64,000 nucleotides of DNA from Octopus sinensis. Its lineage: Eukaryota. The notes under the pieces were generated by a model. It had not been told where the DNA came from. It saw only the letters and a program-made list of their open reading frames with translations, and did no database searches. How positions within the stretch are numbered: the first letter of the stretch is position 1; each line of letters opens with the position of its first letter. The position numbers were made by a program, and so were the translations under genes. The DNA lies in assembly GCF_006345805.1 (NCBI RefSeq), contig NC_043026.1, positions 3,348,001 to 3,412,000 on the forward strand. The letters run 5' to 3'. Below, one piece after another: positions 1 through 12,711 of the stretch.

Positions 1-71
1 TACCCCCTGCCTTCCCCAAAATTTCAGGTCTTGTGCTTATAGTAGAAAGGATTATTATTATTATTATTCTA

Positions 72-282
72 TAGGTAGTGGATTAGCAGAATCGTTGGAG
101 CATTGGACAAAATGCTTTGTGCTATTTATTCCAGCTCTTTACATTCTGAGTTCAAATCCCAATAAGATCAAGTTTACCTTCTATTTCCCTTGGCTTGGTA
201 AAACACCAGTTAAGTATAGGATTTGGTTTATTCCCCTAAACCCTTCCTTCCAAGTTTGTGGCTATCTTAGAAACAATGATTA
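72..282 (+). mobile_element. tRNA-derived SINE, family B (degenerate copy)
   Basis: GCAGAATCGTT head, CTGAGTTCAAATCC B-box-like motif and ATT-repeat tail; same layout as copies at 16575, 20613, 28581 and 40440. Confidence 0.55.
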
Positions 283-589
283 TCTTGGGAAAGCCCCAGA
301 CCAAATCAGTATTCATTTTTACTTTGCCCTCCATCCCCTATTTGCTGGGTTCAAATCTCACAGAAGTTAAAATTTCCCTTTCAGTCTTCCCTAGAAAGTT
401 GACTGATTAAATACAAATAAGATACCAGTTATGTGCTGGGTCGATTTTCATAGAATCTATCCCTCTTTTTCTCCTCCTATTCCCTCTCTACACAATTGAT
501 GGCCTTTTCCCTTTATTCAAATCATTATCATTATTATAATTATTATTGGTGCGATAATTAAAATGCTCTTGGGGCATTTACTCATTTCC

Positions 590-760
590 CGTTTCGTTCC
601 AATTTGAAATCCTCTCGAAGCTGAATCTGCCTTTCTGAGGTCAATAAAATTAAGTACCAGTCATGTACTAGGGTCAATGGTATTGATTAATCTGCCTCTC
701 TAAATTTCAGGCCTTGTGCCCATGTTAGAGACTTATTATTATTATTATTATCATTATTAT
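590..760 (+). mobile_element. SINE family B fragment
   Basis: GGTCAATAAAATTAAGTACCAG central block, AATTTCAGGCCTTGTGCC 3' block and (TAT)n tail shared with other family B copies. Confidence 0.5.
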
Positions 761-1581
761 TATTGCTGTTGTTATTCCTGGTTTATCTTTTTATTTTCTT
801 CATCTTTTTCCTTTTAAAACTTTATAAAAGATTTAGACACCAAAAGAAATGCTTTTGTTATTATTATTATTATTATTGAATTGTTTGCATTGATTGATAG
901 AGACAGCAGTTACTACATCTGCAAAGACTTTAAAATTTCTTGTTTCTTTTTTTTTCAAGAACTTTGTCAGAAGAGGGCGGGTAGAGAGCCTAGCATATCT
1001 CAAGGTTTCCAGGCCCAGCAGAAGGACGGAATGATGATACCTTCATAGCAGAGACCTAACCTGAGTGTTCTAAACCTAATCCTCAAAATGTAGCAAGGAA
1101 TATCTCATTCCTGTTCAGCAAACGGTTCTCAGTCGTAGACATATCACAAGCTTTATAACCAGAACAACTTCCAGGTCAAGTGTAATGGCTCAGATAGCAT
1201 TGCTTCTCAGCTCTCATATCATAGTTGAAGTCTGCAACTTCAGAATCACACACACGTGTCCACTTTAAAGATCTCATCTCTTTAAGGTGGTCGGATATAG
1301 AGCAGGAGAAGAATGCTATGGGATTATGGGAAATATCTTCATCAGATACAATCAGTTTGTAGATTAATTTAGGTTAAAAGTTCCACAAAATGTCAGGAAT
1401 GCAAAAGAAAATGAAATGGAAAATATTGTTGTAGTTGTAATATATATTTTGCCATTATTTGTTTGGTCTTTACCACTGAAGAGGTGCCAAGAGAGCTTAC
1501 ACAAAGACACTAAAATAACAATAAAACTGAAGGGAAGACCAAATATATAGTGTGCGTGTTTAATTGGCAAAACATATGGCC

Positions 1582-1984
1582 AGGCGCAGGAGTGGCTGTG
1601 TGATAAGTAGCTTGCTTACCAACCACATGGTTCCGGGTTCAGTCCCACTGCGTGGCATCTTGGGCAAGTGTCTTCTGCTATAGCCTCGAGCCGACCAATA
1701 CCTTGTGAATGGATTTAGTAGACGGAAACTGAAAGAAGCCCGTCATATGTATATATATAATATGCATGTGTGTGTTTGTGTATCTGTGTTTGTCCCCCTA
1801 GCATTGCTTGACAACTGATGCTGGTGTGTTTATGTCCCCGTTACTTAGCGGTTCGGCAAAAGAGATCGATAGAATAAGTACTGGGCTTACAAAAGAATAA
1901 GTCCCGGGGTCGAGCTGCTCGACTAAAGGCGGTGCTCCAGCATGGCCGCAGTCAAATGACTGAAACAAGTAAAAGAGTAAGAGT
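1582..1984 (+). mobile_element. tRNA-derived SINE, family A (CORE-like block), full length ~400 bp
   Basis: AGGCGCAGGAGTGGCTGTG head, GGTTCAGTCCC B-box-like motif, CTTGGGCAAGTGTCTTCT CORE-like block and GAAACAAGTAAAAGAGTA tail; near-identical to five minus-strand copies in the window. Confidence 0.85.
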
Positions 1985-2271
1985 ATCCCCCAAGTTTAAC
2001 AATATCTGTTTCAAGACATGATTCCACATCAAGAATCTTGCCAAACAAATCCATAAACGTAAGAAATTGAAAGTGTTACTGCTACAAACGTAGAAGCAAA
2101 TAACGATTTTGTGCTCAGATAATGATTTTATTAATGAACAAAAGATGTTGCAATAATTTCAAAGCAAAGTGTAAAAGGGTCAACTTATTCCAGTTGTCCA
2201 CAATGAAACTGAACAGAACTGTACTAGAAAGAAGCGTCCTTGATGTGAAAAAGAATAACTCCATAAAAAAT

Positions 2272-3120
2272 GTCACCTGATTGTCAAAGTGTCACCCGAT
2301 TGGATGAGGAGGTGAAAGCTAGTCACCTGATAGTCAAAGTGTCACCCGATTGGATGAGGAGGCGAAAGCTAGTCACCTGATTGTCAAAGTGTCACCCGAT
2401 TGGATGAGGAGGCGAAAGCCTGTCACCTGATAGTCAAAGTGTCACCCGATTGGATGAGGAGGCGAAAGCTAGTCACCTGATAGTCAAAGTGTCACCTGAT
2501 TGGATGAGGAGACGAAAGCCTGTCACCTGATAGTCAAAGTGTCACCCGATTGGATGAGGAGGCGAAAGCTAGTCACCTGATAGTCAAAGTGTCACCCGAT
2601 TGGATGAGGAGACGAAAGCTAGTCACCTGATAGTCAAAGTGTCACCCGATTGGATGAGGAGACGAAAGCTAGTCACCTGATAGTCAGTGTCACCCGATTG
2701 GATGAGGAGACGAAAGCCTGTCACCTGATAGTCAAAGTGTCACCCGATTGGATGAGGAGGCAAAAGCTAGTCACCTGATTGTCAAAGTGTCACCCGATTG
2801 GATGAGGAGACGAAAGCCTGTCACCTGATAGTCAAAGTGTCACCCGATTGGATGAGGAGGCAAAAGCTAGTCACCTGATTGTCAAAGTGTCACCCGATTG
2901 GATGAGGAGGCGAAAGCTAGTCACCTGACAGTCAAAGTGTCACCCGATTGGATGAGGAGGCGAAAGCTAGTCACCTGATAGTCAAAGTGTCACCCGATTG
3001 GATGAGGAGGCGAAAGCCTGTCACCTGATAGTCAAAGTGTCACCCGATTGGATGAGGAGGCAAAAGCTAGTCACCTGATTGTCAAAGTGTCACCCGATTG
3101 GATGAGGAGGCAAAAGCTAA
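2272..3120. repeat. 50-bp minisatellite, ~17 copies
   Basis: GTCACCCGAT recurs at 2291, 2341, 2391, 2441 and onward; unit GTCACCTGATAGTCAAAGTGTCACCCGATTGGATGAGGAGGCGAAAGCTA. Confidence 0.97.
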
Positions 3121-4539
3121 AAGATAAAAGCTGTGCGAGTAGGAAAGCCTCATGAGATTGGATGAATAAAAACAGACAATGTCTCGTGTCGAGACAACTG
3201 GGGTCGTCTCAGTTCCTCCGGCCATGAACACTACGTATAGAAATGCCTGGTTCATCAGTGGAATAAGAAATATGCATTTTATGTATATCTGAAAATTACT
3301 TTTTGTGATGCAGTCAAACAGATTGTTGAATAAGAATTAGGTCGCTTTTTGTTTTCCTGCCATAAAGTGAAATCCACATTTGTCATTCAAGATTGAGACA
3401 AGATAGCCTTCATTGTAATAGGTCACATGACTGCAAGCCTTTACCCAATCCCTGTTGACCTTTGAATATCTAGCTGATGTTTCTTATTAGCTCACCACCA
3501 AGTTCACCTCATCTTTTTATTACTTTGAACGATGACAGGGAGTTAGAAACTTTCGTGACAATGAATCCTCTGCTGCATCCGTATATATCGATTCTACAAC
3601 TTGTGCATTGGATGCTCTTCGTTCTAGCACCAAATACCTTTTTTCTGCTTCTCTATCTTCTTCATGTCTGTCTAGCTATCGTTTTGGTTGTCTATTTTGC
3701 TGTCAGTCCGTCTGTCTGTTTATCTGGCTGATTGTCTGTCTCATGTCCGAGCACCACTCTAGTTCCACCCTCGACATTCTTTTGGCTAACTAATCATAAT
3801 AGTCAATCTGGTTGAGATTCCATGCCATCTGGTTTAACACCACATCTCCTTTGGGTGCCTTTAAGTGGGGTTCACTGGCAAACTTTCAGATCAGACTTCT
3901 GGTTTGCTGGGTTCATGGCCTATCCAGGCATCATCAACTTCTACACTTCTACACCATGACAAAATATCGATGAAAACCACTTGGTCAGTTCTCTCTTCTC
4001 ATACAGCCAAGGATTTTCGCCAACCAAATGTGGCACATCACCTTTTTACACACACACACTCACACACCATAACCTATTTCTCTTTGAGACATAAACTTCA
4101 CGACCCTTAACTTCATCTTATCTCTACGATTCAAGATACTCTCTGCTTCACTTCGGAAGGTAATATCTGCAAATACCTAAACTCCCCTTAGCCTTGCCTT
4201 CCTCTCTCCTGACTAGATCTCAGTTGCAATAACCTAGAGTGGCTCTGGTTCAGAGTCTCTCTCCCTCCGTTTCCCTCTCAACTGCTCGTCCCACCAATAA
4301 CTCTAACTATACGATATCTTTTCATGCATTAACATATCTCACCTCTGGTGTCTCCGAAATTGTCATCAGTGGCTTCGACCCAACTCTTCATCACTCTCGT
4401 TCACATCTCCAACGGATGCTATTGGTAACGATTATTTAAGCCGGGTCTCACAGCCACAGAGAAAAATCGTTCGGACAAGCTCCCGGTAAATACGGCATTT
4501 CGTCGCGAGGCGGATCTCCCGACAACTTTATGCTCGGTG

Positions 4540-4770
4540 CGGTCTCACCTCTTGAGGGAACTCTTCCGACGAGAAGACTAGAGTGGTTTGGTCACTCGTC
4601 CGGAAGGCAATAGCACCAGATCCACCCCTAGGGGTTGGCGTAAGCAGAAGGGTGGTCAGCTGAAGACGTGGCTCATAACTGCCAAAATAGATAAGGAGCT
4701 CATTTCCGGCCCTCGTGTCTTTGGCGTTCGTCGCTGGAGCCCTCTAAAAATTCTTGATCTTTTCTCCCTT
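4540..4770 (+). mobile_element. RTE-clade LINE ORF2 C-terminal remnant
   Basis: Translates across a frameshift as RRLEWFGH...GWRKQKGGQLKTWL...ELISGPRVFGVRRW, the RRLRWFGH/GGQxKTW C-terminal signature of RTE elements. Confidence 0.6.
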
Positions 4771-5092
4771 TAAAACTCCCACCAAATTGTTATTGCCTCT
4801 GCACATATAGGGTCACCTGACTACTGCTTCATCGCACACTACACAATGTGTCCCATCTACCTGGACCCTATGGCTCGGCCCTTCAAGTCACGTGCCAGTT
4901 TTATGCCACTTATTCAAACATTTAGCCCTTCGGAATCTCTTCCCTGCAAATGGTGACTTACAACTTTTTTCTTTTCCTTTTTCATGTCGCCATCCAATTC
5001 CATTATTATGAATTGGAATTGGGAACTTGCGTTATAGTGAACATTTCGTTAGCTGATTCCACAACCATGGATACCACCCCTACTATTCAAGA

Positions 5093-5392
5093 TACGGGTT
5101 GCCTTTTGGCAAGGTATAGCACCTGTCCAACCACTCAGCCAAGTCAGAAGACTGCAATATGGCGGATTGTGAAGAGGCATTGGGAGAAATCAACTGAGCC
5201 AACGATGCTGTCAAGAGATAGAGTTTGATGATCCTCACCGTTTATCTTGTAGGATTCCTCTGCTCAGAACCAATGTAAGAAGCACCTTTGGCTCAGTTGA
5301 TTTCTCCCACTGCCTCTTCACAATGCGCCATGTTGCAGTCTCTTGGCTGAGTGGGTGAACAGGTGTTATACCTTGCCAAAGGGCAACTCGTA
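5093..5392. repeat. Imperfect inverted repeat, ~110-bp arms with ~85-bp spacer
   Basis: 5093-5202 is the reverse complement of 5288-5392 apart from scattered substitutions and a 5-bp indel. Confidence 0.9.
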
Positions 5393-5585
5393 ACGATGAA
5401 GGGTACGGTTGTCACTTCGTGAGGTATTTTCAGAATACTCTCATACCCAATGCACAGACACGTAGCCAGCCGATTGCAGCTTGGGCGGGGGTGGCTGTCT
5501 TGATACCTGGAGATGCTGAACAGAACTCTAAAAACCTTACTGTTTATAAAATTTGATAACATTTTTCTAGAAAATTCACAACGAT

Positions 5586-5659
5586 AGGCGCAGGAGTGGC
5601 TGTGTGGTAAGTAGCTTGCAAGGCCGCAGTCAAATGACTGAAACAAGTAAAAGAGTAAA
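5586..5659 (+). mobile_element. Internally deleted SINE family A (head joined to tail)
   Basis: First ~34 nt of family A (AGGCGCAGGAGTGGCTGTGTGGTAAGTAGCTTGC) joined to its last ~38 nt (GGCCGCAGTCAAATGACTGAAACAAGTAAAAGAGTA). Confidence 0.85.
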
Positions 5660-5744
5660 CAGAAAATGAGAAAATCAAGTTACGTTTTATTTGATACAAC
5701 TGCAATCTACAGCAACGCAATGCAAAAGAAAATTCAGGAGATCG

Positions 5745-7840
5745 TCCTCGTCTATAATTGATTTGTATTTACTAAGAGAAGCAAGGATCACGAGATTTGA
5801 TTTTCGCCGTTTCTCCATATTTCGTCGAAAAGGAGTCAATTCGAGTTGGCATCGAAAACGATGGCTCGCATGTGACTGTGCTAGGCCCAGGTGTTAATGC
5901 TGCACCATACAATAGATAAACATTTGGAAAGGCATCCGGTATGATACGTAAAGATCCAAAAATATCCAGCAGTATCATCATATTTTGTTTGGAAATGTTT
6001 GCTTTAGCCACAAGTTCAGACAGCAAGGCCGATTTATCGCAATTAATTAAATTGCTCAAAGGTTTTAAAGTATCAAAATCCAAAAATGTCTCAGAGATTG
6101 GTGGTAGACTTGCCAAGGAAGAATCTTTGCTGTCATTTTGCTCTGAAAATCTATATCTAGCTCTCCCAAGCTTTCATCGATGATAGCGAAATAAATTTTG
6201 CGGTGAAAGATTATCCAGTCATCTTGTGATGGTACCAGGGCTTCAACAACATAATCTGAAAATTGTTGGGACCCGCAAGCTTTTCGATCTATGCGTTCCT
6301 CAATAACATTTAATTGACTAATTTGTTTCAGAATCTCATCAAATATTGAAGAGTCTCTTAGTTTGGTTATTTCACTCTTGATAATCTTAAGAAGCTCAAG
6401 GCCATGGTGTATATCACAATTGTTGACTCTGAAGCTGTTTGTCTACTGGCCTAACTATATGCAAAATTTTTCTAAGAACAAGGGCTAAAAAAACAAACCT
6501 TTTGGAATGAATTTCATGTAGAATTCCAGTTGTTTCAATCCACGTTTTTGAATTTGACGAATCTGTGCACTCGGTTAGCAAACCAACAATCTCGGACCGA
6601 TTTTCTTTTACAGAAGCAATGGCACTGAGATGCTCCATAAGACGTGACAATTTTAGTCCTTTGCAGAGATTAGCTATCCTTGGCCATTTAATAAAATTAT
6701 GAAGAATATGGCTAACTCCGGAACCCGCTTCATTGTGTTAACCACATGATGCAACTGATGACTAAGACGATGAACATAGGGTGTATGTTTTTCAAGTCGA
6801 TTCTCAATCTTTCTTTGAACGCCACCTATTTTGCCAGACATCACAGAAGCACCATCGTAGCATTGTGACAACATACGCTTTGGGTCAATGCCGAGGTTGG
6901 TTAGTTCCTTAATTAACAAGTCGACCCAGTTTCAGCATCATATGGTTGAGGAGTTGGCATCGCAGCTACGTTTTCCAGAACCCTGCCGTTTTTCAAGTCC
7001 CTAATAACAATTGCAATATTTTCAGTATTACTCAAGTCATGCGTTCTGTCACATTTCAGCGTAAAGTAAAGAACAGCGGAACATTTTATTTCTCGACAAC
7101 AAGATATCTCCTCAAAAATTCCATGATTTCGTTTTGTATTGCTGCCGAGGTCGCATTTCGGGGATTTGTGCTGGAACATTCCATTAGCTTTGAGTCTTTC
7201 TCTAATGTGTATTGGAATCATTTCATAAAACGACCGCAGGGCTGCGTCTCACCTTCCGAATAAAGATCCTCGAAAACTTCATTTTCGTTTCCCCGAAAAG
7301 GCAATTCGTTTGCGCAAAGTAAAATGCACAAGATCAAGTGAATTGATATAGTAACGGTTTTTGCTTAATTGGCCATTTTGCAAAATTGAAGACACGGATA
7401 TTAAGGATAAACGCTGTTGGCCTTCCCTCCATGTTGCCATTGCTTGGATATGGACTGCAGAGCTAACCTTTGTTTTTGTTTTGTTTTGTTTTTTCTTTTG
7501 CGTGATGCCAGTTGGAATATCCATCTTTAATAAAGCAAGAATCCACTTGAGCAGAAGTGTTAAAGTACAGACAAGGGAAACAACATTGCTTCCCCTGAAA
7601 GAGGAATACACTGACCATGGACGACCTGTATCTCAGTTTGACGAGAAGTCACGTTTCTGATTTCTATAAATCTTTGGATCAAACTTTGCTAGAACTGGCT
7701 GCACTGGTTGGCAGTCGACCGGTCCTAGATCATCCAAAGACTTTGCAAAACTAATACTACCTTCGTTGCGCTGCGAAACTTGTTCGTTTGCAATTCTCTT
7801 CTGTTTAGCATTAGATAAATCCGATTGAAAATTCAGCAAT
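5745..7840 (-). pseudogene. Decayed hAT transposase (ZMYM1-like: TTF-type zinc finger, DUF4371-like core, hAT dimerisation domain)
   Basis: Collinear minus-strand ORF pieces: QPVLAKFDPKIYRNQKRDFSSN (TTF-like), YFTLKCDRTHDLSNTENIAIVIR, SQCYDGASVMSGKIGGVQ, YVHRLSHQL and FPNVYLLYGAALTPGPSTVTCEPSFS; many stops and frameshifts; TIRs not found. Confidence 0.85.
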
Positions 7841-8008
7841 GATCGGCTTCAGTTCTCGTTTTCGGTTGTGATTCATTATTGTACCAACACTCCGTAGTAC
7901 ACTGGCTTTAAGGTATACTTCGTTGAGTGATCTTACACTAATGTTGCTTGAATAAAAACGATTTAACCAACACCTTATACTGATTTATGTATATGTAACG
8001 ATAGGGCG

Positions 8009-8263
8009 AGTCGTTTGTGGCTTAAGAAACCAGTTCCCTGGCTACTTCGTTGCCCGGATGTCACTCCTCTGAACTTCTTTCTTTGGGGTTATGCTAAAAA
8101 CATGTCTCGAACAAAGATACGGGACGTCAATGACATGAAGCGAAGGATCACTGATGCCATTGCTACAATTTATGGGGCCATGCTACAGCAAACCTGGCAA
8201 GAAATTGATTACCGTCTCGATGTGCTTCGTGCAACTAATGCTGCCCGAATAGAGATGTATTAA
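8009..8263 (+). mobile_element. Tc1/mariner-superfamily transposase C-terminal fragment
   Basis: WLLRCPDVTPLNFFLWGYAKN...RRITDAIATI...TWQEIDYRLDVLRATNAARIE matches the WPPRSPDLTPLDFFLWG pattern. Confidence 0.75.
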
Positions 8264-10332
8264 ATGAAGGAAAAAAACCTTCAGTATCTTCTCATTTTGT
8301 AATAATTTCCACAGATTTATCGAACTATTTGCTTTTGTAAATAGATCTTTAAAATTGTGTGTGTATCATTCACCTACGACAGTGGCTCAATATATTCTTA
8401 CGGTCAACTTTCAGTTACTCGCGTGCACTCCTAGTCTTCATTATTAATTCAATCCCCAACCAAATTGAATGCATTGTTTTTAGCAATGATGCTTTTAGCA
8501 AATAAGCCACATTTTTAGATCAAGTGATTGAAATTTAGTTCATTAAGCTAGCTCAAAATACGTGAGGTCAAAAATGAGAGACTAAGACAAAAATTGAATC
8601 TGAAAAAAATTATATATAATTAAAAAAAAGTAAAAAATAGTAAAATAAAATTTCGAAATGAACAAAAGAATTGATTTCTTTAAAGCTTGCAGCACTAGAT
8701 AGCAAAGCATTTTCTATTTACAGTTTTAAAAAAATATTTAAACAAATGAAAGCTGATGAACAAATTGAGTGCAAAATTTAGAAATGACCCTATAGCCTTT
8801 TTTTTTTTTTTGTAAAAAAAAAATTATGGGTCGTTATTATCAATTTTGCTTAAATTACTATTATGTGGGGTTTTTTAATTACAATATCAAATTTATGTGC
8901 AAACTGACAGACTAGTCTTTTCATTAAAATGGGAAATAAATAGCGCTTTGAGTATTTTAGTTCAAACTTTTAAGTAAAAATTAAAAAATTAAAAAATAAG
9001 AAAGGGATTTGTTATTTTAGTTTTAAAATTCTAACTTAAGCAGCAATATTTAAATGTTCTTCTTCTTATCCTCCGGTTACCAGGTCTGGTGACTCTCCCA
9101 TATTGCTAGAACAATTTCAACGGTAACTTTCTGACCGTCCTTAACCAACGATCCCATAAAATATAACAGCTCCCTAATTTTACTTAGTGTGTTTATTTTC
9201 GAACTTATGAACAACTGACCGATATAGAGTGCCCGAGATGGCAATAATAACGAAGTTATTATTGACTTGAAAAGTTACCCGATGAAAGCTGATAATAAAA
9301 GGATGAGAAAGTAAATAAGAATGTGAAAATAACAGGAAAATAAGAAAATTATATTTATCACTCCCAAAATACTATACAGGTATGATTCACTGCAGATGTT
9401 CATGAAGAACTCATGGAGACACGAGGAAGCACGGACACACCTTTGCATTCCGAATTTTCGTTCTGTAATTTCAGTGTGTTGCAAACCCTAACCCCGAACC
9501 AGATCAGGGGATTTCATAGCGTAGACAACAGACCCTGCGGTAGGCGGCACGCTAAAGTAGCATTGAAATTTCTTCTGTCAGTCGCAGTACCGGATGCATT
9601 ATTCTGAATTTATTAACATTTTGAGACAATGAAGATAGCACAATGGACTCCCGAATACAAAAAGATCAACAGAAAAACTCCAGCAATTAAGCGGAGACCT
9701 TATTTGAAGGTTTATCGAGATTGCTTCAAACGCTAAAGTGTTACTCACAATCAAAAATATATATACAAAGACATGTAGCATATTTTTCTTGTGTGTGTGT
9801 GTGTGTGTACAAAGGTGGACCCAAAAGTAATCGGAAACCTTCTCTGTGGGATCAGCCCTTTGTAGTTGGGGTTTCCGCCACTTGATGCAACCCTCAGGCA
9901 TCAGCCTGCCTGCCGGCATTATCCTCTGGGCTCATACTGCCACTTGCTACGTCTTTACTTTGCAATGCTTCTCCCTGTTCGTCGATTTTCGCTGTGGCTG
10001 AAAAAAAAAAGAACAGTGTGCTTCCGTGAAATTGTTTTCTGCTGGGAAAACGGTGGCTGAAACAGTTGTCATGCTTCAAACAGCTTACAAGGACGTTGCC
10101 ATGAGCAAAACACAGGTTTACGAGTGGTTTCCACGCTTTAGGGATGGTTACTTGTTGCTTGAAGACCAACCTCATTCAGGACTACCGTCGACCCGAACGA
10201 ATGAATAAAAAATATCATGAAAATTCCTGAACTGATCTTGGAGAACCGTCACCGAACAACTGACGTATTTTTTGATATTGTAAGAATTAGCACTTCCTTC
10301 TCAAAGCTTGGATTCGAAATCAGACCCAAGAA

Positions 10333-12196
10333 ATCTTCTCGGACGAAGAGCATAATCAACACCTTCACCTGCTTTTCGGACGACTACGTCAATTTGGAAT
10401 TGTTATCAACCCTACCAAATGTTTGTTCGGAGTTGCTTCCCTTCATTTTCTCGGCCATATAGTCGATAAAAATGGAATTCGTCCCCTTCCCGAGAAAGTC
10501 AAGGCCATCGTGGATTTTCCACCACCCACATCTCTCCGCAAATTAAGGGAATATCTCGGTCTAGCGAATTTCTATCGACGGTTCGTGCCCCACCTCGCTG
10601 AAATAGCGCAACCGCTCACGGATTTGCTACGTCAGCGAACCTGCAAAAATGCAGATATAGCTCTGACCGAAGATCAACTCGTTTCTTTCGCTGCCCTGAA
10701 AAAAGCGTTATCTAGCGCTACCATGTTGGTTTATCCAAAACCAGACGCCCCACGATGTTTACTCGTTGATGCATCCGATTCCGGAATCGGAGGTGTGCTA
10801 CAACAGCTTGTTGACGGTATATGGCAACCGTTGTCTTTCTTTTCTAAGCGGTTAAAACCCGCGGAAACCAAATACAGCACATTCAGTCGGGAATTATTGG
10901 CGGCATACCTGGCCGTTAAGCATTTCCGTCATATGCTAGAAGGTACCAATTTTGCCATATACACCGACCACAAGCCATTAGTATACGCATTTAACACCAA
11001 ACCGGATCGCCATTCGCCAAGAGAAATACGCCACCTCGACTTCATATCGCAGTACACGACGGATATACGCCACATCAAAGGGACGACCAACGTGGCAGCC
11101 GATGCACTTTCACGTGCGCAGATCAATGCTATCCACACCACGTCTACAATTGATCTGGCACGTATAGCAGCTGACCAGGAGAATGACGAAGAACTTCTAA
11201 AGCTCCGGAATTCGTCATCTCTGAAATTTCAGCATGTTCCGCTACCATCATCCACAGCCCATATTTGGTATGATATTTCCACTGGTTACCAACGCCCTTA
11301 TGTACCACAGAAATATCGTCGAGAAGTTTTCTCCGCTCTACATTCTCTGTCACATCCTGGTATTCGCTCCACTCAAAAGCTAATATCGACCCGTTTTGTG
11401 TGGACCAGTATCAACAAGGATATCAGAGAATGGACCAAGTGCTGTGTTGCGTGCCAAAAAGCGAAAATCCACCGGCACATAAAATCACCAATCGGTTCAT
11501 TTTCGCAGCCCGATGCACGATTTCAGCACGTTCACATTGATATTGTTGGACCCCTGCCACCTTCGCAGAACTATTCATATTTGCTAACTTGCGTAGATAG
11601 GTTCTCGCGATGGCCCGAAGCCTGGCCCCTATCTGATATATCAGCAGAAACGGTCGCTAAAACGCTGATATCACAATGGGTTTCGCGTTTTGGCACACCC
11701 GCAACAATTACCACCGACAGAGGACGTCAGTTCGATTCCCACCTTTTCACCGAGCTGACTCGTCTCCTCGGGTGTAAACACACCCGCACTACAGCTTACC
11801 ACCCTGCAGCAAATGGCATGGTGGAACGCTTTCACCGCCAACTCAAGGCATCTATAAAAGCTGCTCCAGACAGTTCTCACTGGTTGGAACATCTCCCTCT
11901 CATCCTCCTTGGGGTCATCCTCCTACAAGGTCATCAAAAGAGAACCCAAATATTTCGTCCTCGATATTGGAGGTAAACGAAATACGGTCTCGATTGATCG
12001 TTTAAAAAAAGCTTTCATCGAGGAGGACTTACATTCAGTCCCCTCTTTTCCTCAAACAGACTCGGCAACTCCAGCGAACACCACAGATTCTGCACAACCC
12101 CGACACACCAAATCAGGAAGAACAGTTCGATGGCCAGCAAGGTTTGTGCAAGTTTTTCGGGTAAGTTCTGAACTCCTAACGTATCCATCTTCCTAA
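10333..12196 (+). CDS. Truncated Gypsy pol: RT thumb, RNase H, integrase (frameshifting deletion near 11915)
   Basis: Open frame 10333-11976: [13 protein letters not shown], RNase [30 protein letters not shown], integrase HHCC, core [24 protein letters not shown]; tail [27 protein letters not shown] in another frame. Confidence 0.9.
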
Positions 12197-12711
12197 TGAA
12201 CACATAACTGCATCACCCACCCAGAGAAATCAAAGAACATTTGTGTACGTAAAGAAAAAAAAAATGAAAACAAAAAACTGTCTGTATGAACTTTTACGGA
12301 ACATTTCAAAATCGAACTTTGCCGATGAACATTTCTTTCATTTTTGCATGTACATATTTTTTTGTTTTCTCTTCAAAATGTTTGCTTTCTCATAAATATA
12401 TTTTTTTGCTAACTGTATATCCACACACATTTACAAATCTTGTTCTCATGCGTGCTATCACTCGATTTTTTTTCGCCACTGAAAGATACCTTGTCTCTAT
12501 TAGACCTCTAGTAGGTCGAGTAATCAATAGACGCACATCTCTTTCAACGCGCCAACATAATTCTGCCTGGGCACATATACATATTGCCCACCATATAGCA
12601 CATACAAATTGTAAACCTTACATGCACACAATCAAAAAAAAAATAATAATAATAATGATACATTTCCAATATCGTTCGATCTCTGTGGCTTTCTCACTAG
12701 AAGGGGGGTAG

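Noticed and set aside
975-1360. Possible Tx1-type endonuclease/linker remnant on the minus strand
   Set aside because: Only weak fragments (SDH-like, EGI-like); too degenerate to support.
2272-3120. CRISPR-like appearance of the 50-bp array (also the 52-bp arrays at 35039 and 46288)
   Set aside because: Units are contiguous with no unique spacers, there are no cas genes, and the context is eukaryotic.
3800-4430. Possible RRM plus zinc-knuckle ORF1 relic on the minus strand (GKARG..FADITFRSEAE..KGREVYVS)
   Set aside because: Suggestive but broken by stops and frameshifts; cannot be assigned without a profile search.
5640-7960. Terminal inverted repeats and 8-bp TSD for the hAT relic
   Set aside because: None could be identified by eye, so the element boundaries are not claimed.
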